A DNA stretch of 63,948 bases, filler included, from Squatina squatina (Eukaryota): NCBI GenBank assembly GCA_031763465.1. It is 4 parts of 4 records of this genome, joined end to end, with 100 filler letters (N's around TTAATTAATTAA, not from the genome) between each part and the next. Parts side by side here need not be neighbours in the genome. Positions count along the whole stretch, not along the records: positions 27,384 to 50,148 come from JARFOE010000162.1; 3 more parts are not named here. One strand, 5' to 3'. The notes below the pieces were generated by a model, which saw only the letters and a list, made by a program, of their open reading frames with translations, searched no databases and had not been told where the DNA came from. Of this stretch, positions 40,129-50,248 are shown piece by piece (positions within the stretch are counted from its first letter, which is position 1; each line of letters opens with the position of its first letter). A program made the translations under genes and the position numbers.

Positions 40129-40685
40129 AGTGCTGAAATGAGCACATTTTTTAAAGCTTCTAGAAATCTATTTTCTTTGTCCCGAATTGCAGCGCTTAAG
40201 TTGGCAGTGCCGAAACTGGAAATAACAACACACCAATGCATCCATTTGGCGCCAGTATCTCAGGGAGGTCAAATTGGCCACCCTATAAATTTATTTTTCA
40301 AAAAATGATTTTTTTTGTTTTAAGTAAGTAATTAAATTCTACTTTGATTAATTTTAAATGTGTAATTTAAAAATATATATTTTTAGTGCTTGTGCAATTT
40401 TGGGGGTATCCCCATGCATACTAATGCTGATTATGAATGAACGTAATCATCATTAGTATGAAGGGGGTTACATTTAGCTGGATTGGCTGGGCCCATCCAC
40501 CTGACCCTATCCACGCCTGCGATCCACATGCATGGTTGGGATGTGTGGGCCTCAACGTGCGGGCATTTGTAGAAAACCAGAAGAGGAAGTCTACGAACCT
40601 ACCAGGACCTAAGGTACATTCATATATGTCTTTCTGGTCGGAGACCTCCGCACACTGGAAGCCTCTGACTGGAATTTTTGGGCCA
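40129..40685. mobile_element. MITE-like element, right end GGAATTTTTGGGCC
   Basis: Same layout as 6960-7544 (AT-rich core, then CCCAT..AGTATGAA.GGGG block) and the same type of GGCC..AAATT terminus. Confidence 0.45.
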
Positions 40686-40699
40686 ATAAAGGATCAATC

Positions 40700-40817
40700 A
40701 CACTAATAGCTGTAGCCTATGGACCACCTAGTGGAAGGGAGGTGGAGGAAAAAATATGCAGGCAAATTAGGGAAATGAGTAAAAAACATAGAATAATAAT
40801 CATGGGGGATTTCAACT
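40700..40817 (+). mobile_element. CR1 LINE endonuclease fragment
   Basis: AVAYGPPSGREVEEKICRQIREMSKKHRIIIMGDFN, containing the APE motifs Y(R)PP and GDFN. Confidence 0.8.
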
Positions 40818-40919
40818 NNNNNNNNNNNNNNNNNNNNNNNNNNNNNNNNNNNNNNNNNNNNNNNNNNNNNNNNNNNNNNNNNNNNNNNNNNNNNNNNNNN
40901 NNNNNNNNNNNNNNNNNAT

Positions 40920-41550
40920 GCAGCCCGGGTAGAAAGCGGGTGTCTACTTTGCAGCCTCCCTTCCTTTTCCTCCTCTTCCACATCCTCCTCTTCCTCTTTG
41001 TGCTCCTGCTCCTCAACTTCTCACCTGATAGGTGTTGGCAATGGCTGTTCCTTCGTGATGGCCAGGTTTTGCAGCATGCAGCATACCACCACAAATCTTG
41101 CGACCCGCTCAGCCGAGTCCTGTAGATCTCCTCCAGAGCGGTACAGGCAGCAGAACTGTTGCTTCATCATGTCAATGGTTTGCTCTATCATATTTCATGT
41201 AGTAGCATGGCTTTCATTGTATGCATGCTGTGCACATGTGGATGGGTTGCGAGCCAGATTCATGAGCCACGTCATCAGCGGATAGCCCTTGTCGCCCAGT
41301 AACCACCCTTTGGTATTCCATGGTAGCTGAAATACAGCTGGCTCAGCGGACAGTACAGAATGAATGCATCATGATTGCTGCCAGGATACCAGGCATTTAC
41401 CTGCATGATAGTCACACACCAGTTGGACATTGAGGGAGTGCAATCCCTTTCGGTTTTGGTACATGGCAGATTTGATATGTGGCACCCGCAAAGCAATGTG
41501 TATACAGTCAATGGTGCCTTGCACCATGGCGAAGCCTGCAAACCTTGCAA
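40920..41550 (-). mobile_element. Decayed Harbinger/PIF (HARBI1-like) transposase, catalytic region
   Basis: Across frames it reads AGFAMVQGTIDCIHIAL..NRKGLHSLNVQLVCD / YPGSNHDAFIL / GWLLGDKGYPLMTWLM / YNESHATT*NMIEQTI..FCCLYRSGGDLQ..VVVCCMLQNLA, followed by an acidic tail. Confidence 0.92.
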
Positions 41551-41969
41551 NNNNNNNNNNNNNNNNNNNNNNNNNNNNNNNNNNNNNNNNNNNNNNNNNN
41601 NNNNNNNNNNNNNNNNNNNNNNNNNNNNNNNNNNNNNNNNNNNNNNNNNNATGATTTTGTTCCCAGCAGAATACTGGTATGAATTGTGGAATCTGGGGCT
41701 TTTAGATGTGGTTTACGGAGAAAATATTTCTCTGAGGTTCCTTGACACAATGTCTAACTGTCCCGGGGGACTTGCTGAAACTTTAGTCAAGAAGAATATT
41801 TTCTTACAAAGTAATCCTTATTATTTTTTCATGCCTTAGTCAAAATTGGCAGAACTCTTTTGGCTCTGCGGGTAGAGGATCAAGTTGACGATGTTTGAAC
41901 TCAGCAGCTGGATATACCACGTGCAGTGCAGTTCAGAGAGAGAGAGAGAGAAAAATAGAGGACATATAA

Positions 41970-42135
41970 GGGCTGATTCTGCGAGGGAGCATGCTGAGGG
42001 AGCGCAGATCAGGAATTCATAGCACGCAACTCCTGATTTTCCATCAAGTGATATTAATCAATGAAAACTCACAGTCCACGGGCCCGTTTACTGAGCCATG
42101 ATCACAGGGGAGCGCCAGATTGTGGAATCAGCCCC
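41970..42135. mobile_element. About 165-bp palindromic MITE
   Basis: GGGCTGATTC at 41970 is the inverse of GAATCAGCCC at about 42125-42134. There is a central inverted segment TTTTCCAT..ATGAAAA. Confidence 0.65.
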
Positions 42136-42449
42136 ATGTGGATCAATCTCACCCTTACCTGGCATCTTCTGCTCGGTGCTGGTGGCGACTTAGAGGGGGA
42201 AGGTCCTGATTTATTTTCCTCCCCAGTATTGTTCTTTTTTCCCTTCTTTAAGGTACATGTTGTCACACATTGGTCTTCATCATCTAGTCGGGAGGACTGG
42301 AATAACCTAATCCATAAAGCTTTGCTGAAACACTCACCAGGAGCATTCATTCAAGCCTCATGATGCCTTCCCCCGTCTGGAGTGATTCAATATTGATCAT
42401 CAAAAAAAAATGAAACTAAAACTGCATTTTGACACTGGCTACGTTTTGA

Positions 42450-42860
42450 AAGAAAGAATAAAGATTTTGGATTTGTATAGCACCTATCACGACCTCAGGA
42501 TGTCCCAAAGTGCTTCACAGCCAATTAAGTACTTTTGAAGTGCAGCAAATTTATGCACAGTAAGATCCCACAAACAGCAAGGTGATAACGACCAGATTAT
42601 CTGTTTTAGTGATGCTGGTTGAGGGATAAATGTTGGCCAGGACCCCAGGAGAACTCCCCAGGCTCTTCTTTGAAATCCTGCCATTGGATCTTACATGGCC
42701 ACCTGAGAGGGCAGAGAAGGCCTCGGTTTAACATCGCACTCGAAATATGGCACCTCCAACAGTGCAGTGCTCCTTTACTGGAGTATCAGCATAGATTTTG
42801 TGCTCGAGTCTAGAGTGGGACTTGAAGCCATAAGCTTCTGCCTTCACTGAGCCACAGCAT
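42450..42860 (-). mobile_element. SacSINE1-like Deu-domain SINE
   Basis: Reverse complement of the 22238 family, including the head CACTGAGCCACAGC. Confidence 0.85.
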
Positions 42861-43014
42861 AAACCGCACCGCCCCACAAAAAAAAATTATATGTGAGTTA
42901 TGACAAGGTTCAGGNNNNNNNNNNNNNNNNNNNNNNNNNNNNNNNNNNNNNNNNNNNNNNNNNNNNNNNNNNNNNNNNNNNNNNNNNNNNNNNNNNNNNN
43001 NNNNNNNNNNNNNN

Positions 43015-43255
43015 AAATTTCTTCACTCAGGGGTGGTGAATCTTTGGAATTCTCTCCCCCAGAGGGCTGTGGAGGCTCCATCATTGAGTATATTCAAGAC
43101 AGAGATCGATAGATTTTTAGATATTAAGGGAATCAGTGGATATGGGGATAGTGCAGGAAAATGGCGTTGAGGTAGAAGATCAGCCATGACCTTGTTGAAT
43201 GGAGGAGCAGGCTCGAAGGGCCGAAAGGCCGACTCCTGCTCCTAGTTCTTATGTC
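43015..43255 (+). mobile_element. CR1/HER1 LINE 3' end
   Basis: FFT..VVNLWNSLPQRAVEA..IFKTEIDRFL C-terminus plus the conserved 3' UTR tail. Near-identical copies lie at 53007 and 62805. Confidence 0.85.
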
Positions 43256-43959
43256 CTGCGGGCCAAGGTGGCTGAAGACACGGCCACCAATCCAGTTAGT
43301 TTCTCCCACCGCTTTGAAATTGGCGCACGTTACCTGCCTTGCACTCTTCGAACACTGACAAGCACTGTGTGATACCGTGAACTGTTAACAATGTGTTAGT
43401 GCTGAAATATACCCTTGACAAGGATAGACTGCTGGTGAGTTGTATTCCTGCGCTGGTTAGAGAGACATTCATTATCCAGATTCTGTAAATTAAGGCAGTT
43501 TGTGGAAGTGTTTGTCCCCTCTGGGCATCTATACAACAGTGTTTTATGACCATCTCAGAAGCCAGCTCATCCATTCACAAGAGCACCATTAACTCAAGTG
43601 CTAATATAACATTTCAGACAGATTTTCTTACCAAGCTCCTACCCAGTAGAATAATATGGAAACCAGAGAAGCATGTCCTCGGGCTCACAGGCCCGTGACT
43701 TTTTAAGTTTGATCCCTCTACAGTATATAAATCACTAAAGGTACACAACACAGTGTGTGCTGGCTGCAGGATGTGTCAGCAGGGCTCCGTAAAATGGGCC
43801 AGCGATTCTCAACTTTGTTCCCTGTAAGAGTCCACTTTTTAAAGATCTCCTCTGCACTATCAGCAGCAACTTTAATGTAGTAAGATGTCCCTTCGCAGGT
43901 GTATAATCAGGCACAAATTGACACTGAGCCAAGGAAGGAGGCATGAGGGCAGGCAAGAT

Positions 43960-44695
43960 TGGGGGAATAACTTTTGCGGGAACGCAAATGTATCTCCGCG
44001 CACTACCCAATTCTAGCTGCCACAAAGTTCCGGTTTAGCACTCCGGGAGGGAAGTGGAGCACTAAACCAGATAAGAGGGGTGGTCATGGTGCAGCACTCC
44101 GGGAGGGAAGTGGAGCGCTAAACCAGATAAGAGGGGTGGTCGCGGTGCAGCGGTGCACAATATTCAGTACAGGGTTGCCAGGATCGAAGGCTGATTCCTT
44201 CCCTTAAAGGGAAGGGCCATTGCCGCAGGCTCTGCAATAAGTTGAAGCCCCTGCTGGCCGATAGCAGCCGTGATCCGCGACGCTCAGCCCCAAGCACTCT
44301 GACAGAGTTCAGGGCTGATCAATTACAGACGAAGAGAATATTTTAAAAATGACCTGAGGGCTCGATAAACCTCACCAGCGATCCCTTGGAATACCACTCC
44401 CCAAGTGACCGGCCTACCTCACAACGCCTCCTGCAGCTGCCAATGTTGACGCCCAGTGATGCTGCCGGGGGTGGAACCGAAGTTCACATCTGGGGCAGTA
44501 CCGGGGCGCTGCACACCAGATATCGCCACCATCTTTGGAGGGCAGGAGATCGTGGCGTTAGGGTTTACCTGCAAGGCAAGTTCGTGGGCGTCGGTACCCT
44601 CGCTGCACCCGGTCGCAGACCCGGTAACGCTCCATTATCGCCCCCCAGAGGTGCTAACGGGAGGCACACAGGATGCCAATTTCTCCCCCTTGGGT
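43960..44695. mobile_element. GC-rich MITE-like element with an internal 56-bp tandem duplication
   Basis: Ends GGGGGAATAACTT and AATTTCTCCCCC. AGCACTCCGGGAGGGAAGTGGAGC..GGTGC is repeated at 44037 and 44093. Confidence 0.55.
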
Positions 44696-44813
44696 TTTAA
44701 GGAGCATATTAAGNNNNNNNNNNNNNNNNNNNNNNNNNNNNNNNNNNNNNNNNNNNNNNNNNNNNNNNNNNNNNNNNNNNNNNNNNNNNNNNNNNNNNNN
44801 NNNNNNNNNNNNN

Positions 44814-44972
44814 GATCTAGCCACCTTCTCTGATCTGAAGGATCTAGCCACATTCTCTGATCTGAAGGAATTCGCCACATTCTCTGTTCTGAAGGGACTG
44901 CCCACATTCTCTGATCTGAATGATCGAGCCACATTCTCTGATCTGAAGGATCTGGCCACATTTCAGTCTTGA
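44814..44972. repeat. 27-bp minisatellite (at least 5 copies, continues into gap)
   Basis: Unit GATCTAGCCACATTCTCTGATCTGAAG. Confidence 0.9.
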
Positions 44973-45555
44973 AAATTTCAATTTCAATTGACACAGCATC
45001 CACAGTCTTTTGCAGGAGTGAGTTGCACCTTTCCACTACCCTTTGTGTGAAAAATCAATGTGAAGCTGGACTGGGTCCCCTCCATGGGCAATATACCCTT
45101 CCTGAAGTGCACTGCCCAGAAGGGAATGCAGTATTCTACATACAGCCTGCATAACTTCCTTTCTTTTACTCGAAGCCAACATTCCATTAGTCTTTTTGAT
45201 TATTTTTAGTACCTGACCACTGGCTTTTCATTATTTGTGTACATGGACAGCTAAGTACCTTTGCTCCCTGTCTTTCTTGGATTGAAAGTGGACCACCTCG
45301 CACTTCCCCACATTGACCTCCATTTGCCAGTTTTGTCCACTGCTATAATCTGTTTATGGCCCTTCCTGCTCCCATCTCTCCATATCAATGACTTGGAAGA
45401 AGGACTATATGCAGAAAGCTGAGGCCCCAGTACCGATCCATGGTGAAGACCACCTGTCACATCCCGCCAATCAGAGTATGCTGCCTTTATCCCTGCTTTC
45501 TGTCTCCTCCCTTCCAACCGATTTCCAACCCATGTCACAAGGTTACCTCTCATTC
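44973..45555 (-). mobile_element. Fragmented CR1 LINE ORF2
   Basis: Minus strand reads WVGNRLEGRRQK..DWRDVTGGLHHGSVLGPQL (RT), LEYCIPFWAVHFRK and VERCNSLLQKTVDAVSIEIEIFKTE. Confidence 0.75.
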
Positions 45556-47007
45556 TGTGTCTTTTCCCTTCTGGCTTGTCGCCATGTGCTGAGTGTTAAT
45601 ATGCATTGCAACCTCTCCCAGGCACTCGGTGCTCACCTAAAGAAAGAAAAAAAATAGTTGCTTTTGTAGAATATCTTTCATGAACTTAGGATGTCCCAGT
45701 GTGCTTCACAGCCAGTTAAGTATAAGCTCTGTTGATTCAAAAAAAAATCTTTCTGAATGGACATCTGGTTAGGAACAGGACTGAAGGTTGGAAGGATATT
45801 TACATTTTGAGATTATCGAGTGCTGTTTGGAATGTGATGGTTCCTGCACTGAAATTTCACATCAAAGGAGGTAACAGGTGATGGATGAATAATAGAGGTT
45901 GACTGGCAATTCTCTGCATCAGCTGGATTTGCCGCCGGAATGCTGCAAGATAAAGCTCTGCTGAGCCTGTACTGAGGAGATGAAGTGGGTTGCGCTGTGT
46001 TGATCTGCTCTGTGAAATAAATGGGTTTAGTGGTCGAGTAGCCCATTTAAATTCCATGCTTTTTCATGTGTTCCTGTGATAAATGATGCATCCATCATCT
46101 ATCCTCCGTACACCCTACAGACAAAAGAAAATGAGCAGCTAGTGTTAAACAGATGAAACCCTGAGCGGAATCAGCACTTCAGAGGTTTGGAGAGTAGCCT
46201 GGGGAAGGAGAAGGGTTCAGCTTCTTGGGGGATACTGAAATGAGTACAGTGGGATAATCTTGACAGTGATTTCTGTGTGTCTGGTTGATTTGTAAATCCA
46301 AGCTCTTTGATCGGTACAAACTGTTTCCGTTTTATCTCTAATCCCCTGGTCTGCCAGGTATTTTGCGAGCTCCTTTTCACCAGCTCCCTCGGAATCAGAC
46401 TTGCCTTCAATGAAACAGATCCTGATTACCTCTCGCTTTGCACAATGCTACAAAGCATCCAGAGTTATTTTTTTCCTGAGTCTCTGATTTAGATTATATT
46501 TTTACAATAGGGAAAAAGAGCATTCAGAATGAAGTGTACGCCTTTGCTGGTATTGGCATCTGTGTTCTTCAAACCTTGTCATTTAAAAAACAAAAGTGCA
46601 TTTATGTAGCACCAGTCATGAGCTTGGGACATTCCAAAGCACTTTACAGCTGTAAGTCGCACACTCACTCAACCTGNNNNNNNNNNNNNNNNNNNNNNNN
46701 NNNNNNNNNNNNNNNNNNNNNNNNNNNNNNNNNNNNNNNNNNNNNNNNNNNNNNNNNNNNNNNNNNNNNNNNNNNNCCCTGTTTTCCAGCAATGAGAGTT
46801 AATGACCACCTCCACTTTACAAGCTGCACACTCAGATACCTTTCGTTCATTGGAGGACAGATTGGTTTCTGACCACGAGCATCTACAGAACATCACTTGT
46901 CCCCACAGATCCTCCTTCAGACTCGGGCAGTAAGGTCAGACCAGATCAAACACATCACATTACAGCCTGTGTAAGTGACACTAATGCTGTCCTCAAAAGC
47001 ACAAAAG

Positions 47008-47320
47008 GTGTCATCTGTGTCTCAGATGGTAGCACCCTCACTTCTGAGACAGAAGGTTGTGGGTTCAAGTCTCACTCTAAAGAGTGCTGAGGGAATGCTG
47101 CACTTTGGGAGGTGCTGTCTTTCGAATGAGATGTGAAACCGAGGTCCCTTCTGTCCTCTCAGGCAGACAAAAGATTAAAAGATCCCATGGCACTATTTCG
47201 AAGAAGATCAGGGGAGTTTTCTCCGTGATCTGGCCAATAATATCCCTTACTCAACATTATTAAAATGTGCTTTGGGACATCCTGACGTTGTGAAAGCTCT
47301 GTTATAAATGCAAGCACTTG
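47008..47320 (+). mobile_element. SacSINE1-like SINE with internal deletions
   Basis: GGTTGTGGGTTCAAGTC B-box, GATCCCATGGCACTATTTCGAAGAAGA core and TATAAATGCAAG tail. Confidence 0.8.
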
Positions 47321-47965
47321 TTCACTAAAGAAAGCAAAGACAAGTTGGGCTGTCAATTTCTAAAGAATGTCTCCTTTGGGCCAGTGTGAACGAGCTATAA
47401 ATGTGCGAGCCAATCATTGGTGAAGACACAGTGCTAAGTTGCCCCCTAATTCTCTGCGAACACATCTAACTCACTCAGATTTTCTATGTGATGTGGAAGA
47501 AAATCTTGCAGCCGAACAATATTTCCTCAAAAAGGCAACTGCCTTGAGCCTGACATAAATGCTTGAGTGTTTTCAGGTTGGCAGCTGTCTGGCACAAATG
47601 ACTTAAAATATTTAACATTACATATTCAAGCTCACATTGCCGGTGAATAATTTACAAATGCGCACATAATTGATGGGTTGTGATGGAAGAGGAGTAATTC
47701 ACTTGTGTCAGTGTCAACCAGTGTGATCTCACTTTGTTAATATAATGTTAATATAATTTGTTAATATTCACCGAGGGATGTCACTTTGTTACCCAGCTTC
47801 TTTAACATTCAACGCATTCATCTGTGCCTGAGTTCGTTCTGTTGCAAACTTCAAAAAAACCTTTCGTTATACAAAATGGGATGGGCGAAGGAAGCGATGA
47901 TAATACAGACATCATATACTTTTCCTCACTTCCCATGTTCTCCAAAGGCAAGGAGGCCCTAAGCC

Positions 47966-48210
47966 TAGGGTGACCAGACATCCCAGTTTTGCCAGGACAG
48001 TCACGGCTTTTAAGCAAACGTCCCGGTGAACCGACAATTTTTTCAAAATGTCTCAAATGTCTGTTTTGTTTTGTGCTCACTCGACGGAGACCTGACTGCG
48101 CGTGTGCAGACTTGACGGAGACCTGACTGCGCGTGTGCAGACTTGACGGAGACCTGACTGCGCATGTGCTCACTTGACGGAGACCAGACTGCGCGTGTGC
48201 AGACTTGATG
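47966..48210 (+). mobile_element. hAT (Blackjack/MER94-like) transposon end with a 31-bp subterminal tandem array
   Basis: TAGGGTGACCAGACATCCCAGTTTTGCCAGGAC terminus. The unit ACTTGACGGAGACCTGACTGCGCGTGTGCAG occurs about 4 times from about 48079 into a gap. Confidence 0.65.
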
Positions 48211-48310
48211 NNNNNNNNNNNNNNNNNNNNNNNNNNNNNNNNNNNNNNNNNNNNNNNNNNNNNNNNNNNNNNNNNNNNNNNNNNNNNNNNNNNNNNNNNN
48301 NNNNNNNNNN

Positions 48311-48459
48311 GTGGCCCTTACGGCAAGGGGGATCAGGGGGTATGGAGAGAAAGCAGGTACGGGGTACTGAGTTGAAAGATGAGCCATTATCATATTGAAT
48401 GGTGGTGCAGGCTCGAAGGGCCGAATGGCCTACTCCTGCACCTATTTTCTATGTTTCTA
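48311..48459 (+). mobile_element. CR1/HER1 LINE 3' tail
   Basis: GGCTCGAAGGGCCGAATGGCCTACTCCTGCACCTATTTTCTATGTTTCTA. Confidence 0.85.
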
Positions 48460-49572
48460 CATAGTGGTGTACTGGTATATTGTGTTGTGTACTGGTATAT
48501 TGTGGTGTGTACTGGTATACAGTGTGTACCGGTATATAGTGGTGTACTGTTATATAATGGTGCACTGTTATATAGTGGTGTACTGGTATACTGTGGTGTA
48601 TACTGGCATATAGAGCTGTACTGGCATATAGTGGTGCACTGGTATATAGTAGTGTACTGGTATATAGTGTTGTGTAACGATATATATTGGTGTATATTGG
48701 CATAGAGTGGTGTTTACTGGTATATTGTGGTGAGTACTGGTATACAGTGGTGTACTGGGATATAATGGTGTACTGTTATTTAGTGATGTACAGATATATA
48801 GTGGTGCACTGACATGTAGTGGTGTACTGGTATATTGTGGTGTATACTGGTATATAGAGCTGTACTGGCATATATTGGTGTACTGGTATATAGTGGTGTA
48901 CTGATATATAGTGGTGTTTACTGGTATTTAGTGTCGTGTACTGGTATAGAGTGGTGTTTACTGGTACATAGTGATGTGTACTGGTATATTGTGGTGTGTG
49001 CTGGTACACAGTGATGTATTGGTATATGATGGTGCACTGTTATATAGTGGTGCACTGGTATATAGTGTTGTATACTAGTGTATAGTGGTGTGTACCTGTA
49101 TATAGTGGTGTGTACCAGTATATAGTGGTATGTATTGGTATATTGTGGTGTATACTGGTATATATTGGTGTGCTGGTATGTAGTGGTGTTTACTGGTATA
49201 TAGTGGTGTTTACTGGTATATAGTGGTGCACTGTTATATAGTAGTGTGCTGGTATAATGTGATGTATACTGGTATATAGTGGTGTGTACTGGTATATAGT
49301 GGTGTACACATACATAGTGGTGTACTGGTATATAGTGGTGTGTACTGATATATAGTGGTGTACTGGTAAGTAGTGGTGTACTGGTATCTGGTGGTGTACT
49401 GGTATATAGTGATGTGCATTTGTATATAGTGGTGTACTGGTATATAGTGGTGTACCGGTATCTGGTGGTGTACTGGTATATAGTGATGTGCATTTGTATA
49501 TAGTGGTGTACTGGTATCTGGTGGTGTACTGGTATATAGTGATGTGCATTCGTATATAGTGGTGTACTGATA
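48460..49572. repeat. About 1.1-kb degenerate 18/20-bp minisatellite
   Basis: Consensus TACTGGTATATAGTGGTG(TG). It generates the HHYIPV/YQYTT/VVYWY ORFs. Confidence 0.95.
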
Positions 49573-50148
49573 TCTTCTTCTCTTAGGCAGTCCCTCGGGG
49601 CCGAGGATAACTTGCTTCCACTCCAGTGTTGTGGGTTCTGAGGTAGCTGAAAAGTCCGATATGGGATCCGGAACCTCTTCCACAGGTGGGGCATGTGGTG
49701 CTTGGTGGGACGAGTGGATGGGATGCTTTCATTTTCGCGCGCTACTTCCGCTGGCTGTGCTTGGCAACCACGTGCTCCCTCCGAAGAAGCTCGATGCGAT
49801 TGGTGGCTTCGCGGAAGCTTCTCCTCCAGTTCGGGCGAGCTTGGGCCAGAGATTCCCATGAGTCAGTGGGGACGTTGCATTTTTTCAGCGAGGCTTTGAG
49901 GACATTTTCTCTGCCCTCCTGGAAGGCGTTTGCCATGACAGAGCTTAGAATATAGTGCTTGTTTTGGGAATCAGGCATGTGGATGATGTGACCCGCCCTC
50001 TGTAGCTGGTTGAGCGTGGCCAGTGCCTCGACACTGGGGATGTTGGCCTGAGATAGGACGCTGACATTGGAGCATTTATCCTGCCAGTTGATTTGCAGGA
50101 CTTTGCGGAGGCAGCATTGGTGGTATTTCTCCAGTGCATTGAGGTGCC
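49573..50148 (-). mobile_element. RTE-clade LINE 3' end
   Basis: RKVLQINWQDK, LKASLKKCNVPTDSWESLAQARPNWRR, a zinc-knuckle-like CPTCGRG..IGLFSYLRTH, and the tail CCCGAGGGACTGCCTAAGAGAAGAAGA. Confidence 0.88.
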
Positions 50149-50248
50149 NNNNNNNNNNNNNNNNNNNNNNNNNNNNNNNNNNNNNNNNNNNNTTAATTAA
50201 TTAANNNNNNNNNNNNNNNNNNNNNNNNNNNNNNNNNNNNNNNNNNNN
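50149..50248. other. Artificial assembly spacer (44N-TTAATTAATTAA-44N)
   Basis: Third copy of the same spacer. Confidence 0.95.

Noticed and set aside
39677-40308. Arg/Glu- and Ser/Leu-rich ORFs
   Set aside because: They come from a (CT)n microsatellite plus an N gap.
44814-44972. 27-bp and 31-bp (48079-48210) repeats as CRISPR arrays
   Set aside because: The units are head-to-tail with no unique spacers, there are no cas genes, and the DNA is vertebrate.
48379-49859. His/Tyr-rich ORFs of up to 313 aa
   Set aside because: They are translations of an 18/20-bp minisatellite fused to RTE sequence, open in several frames on both strands.
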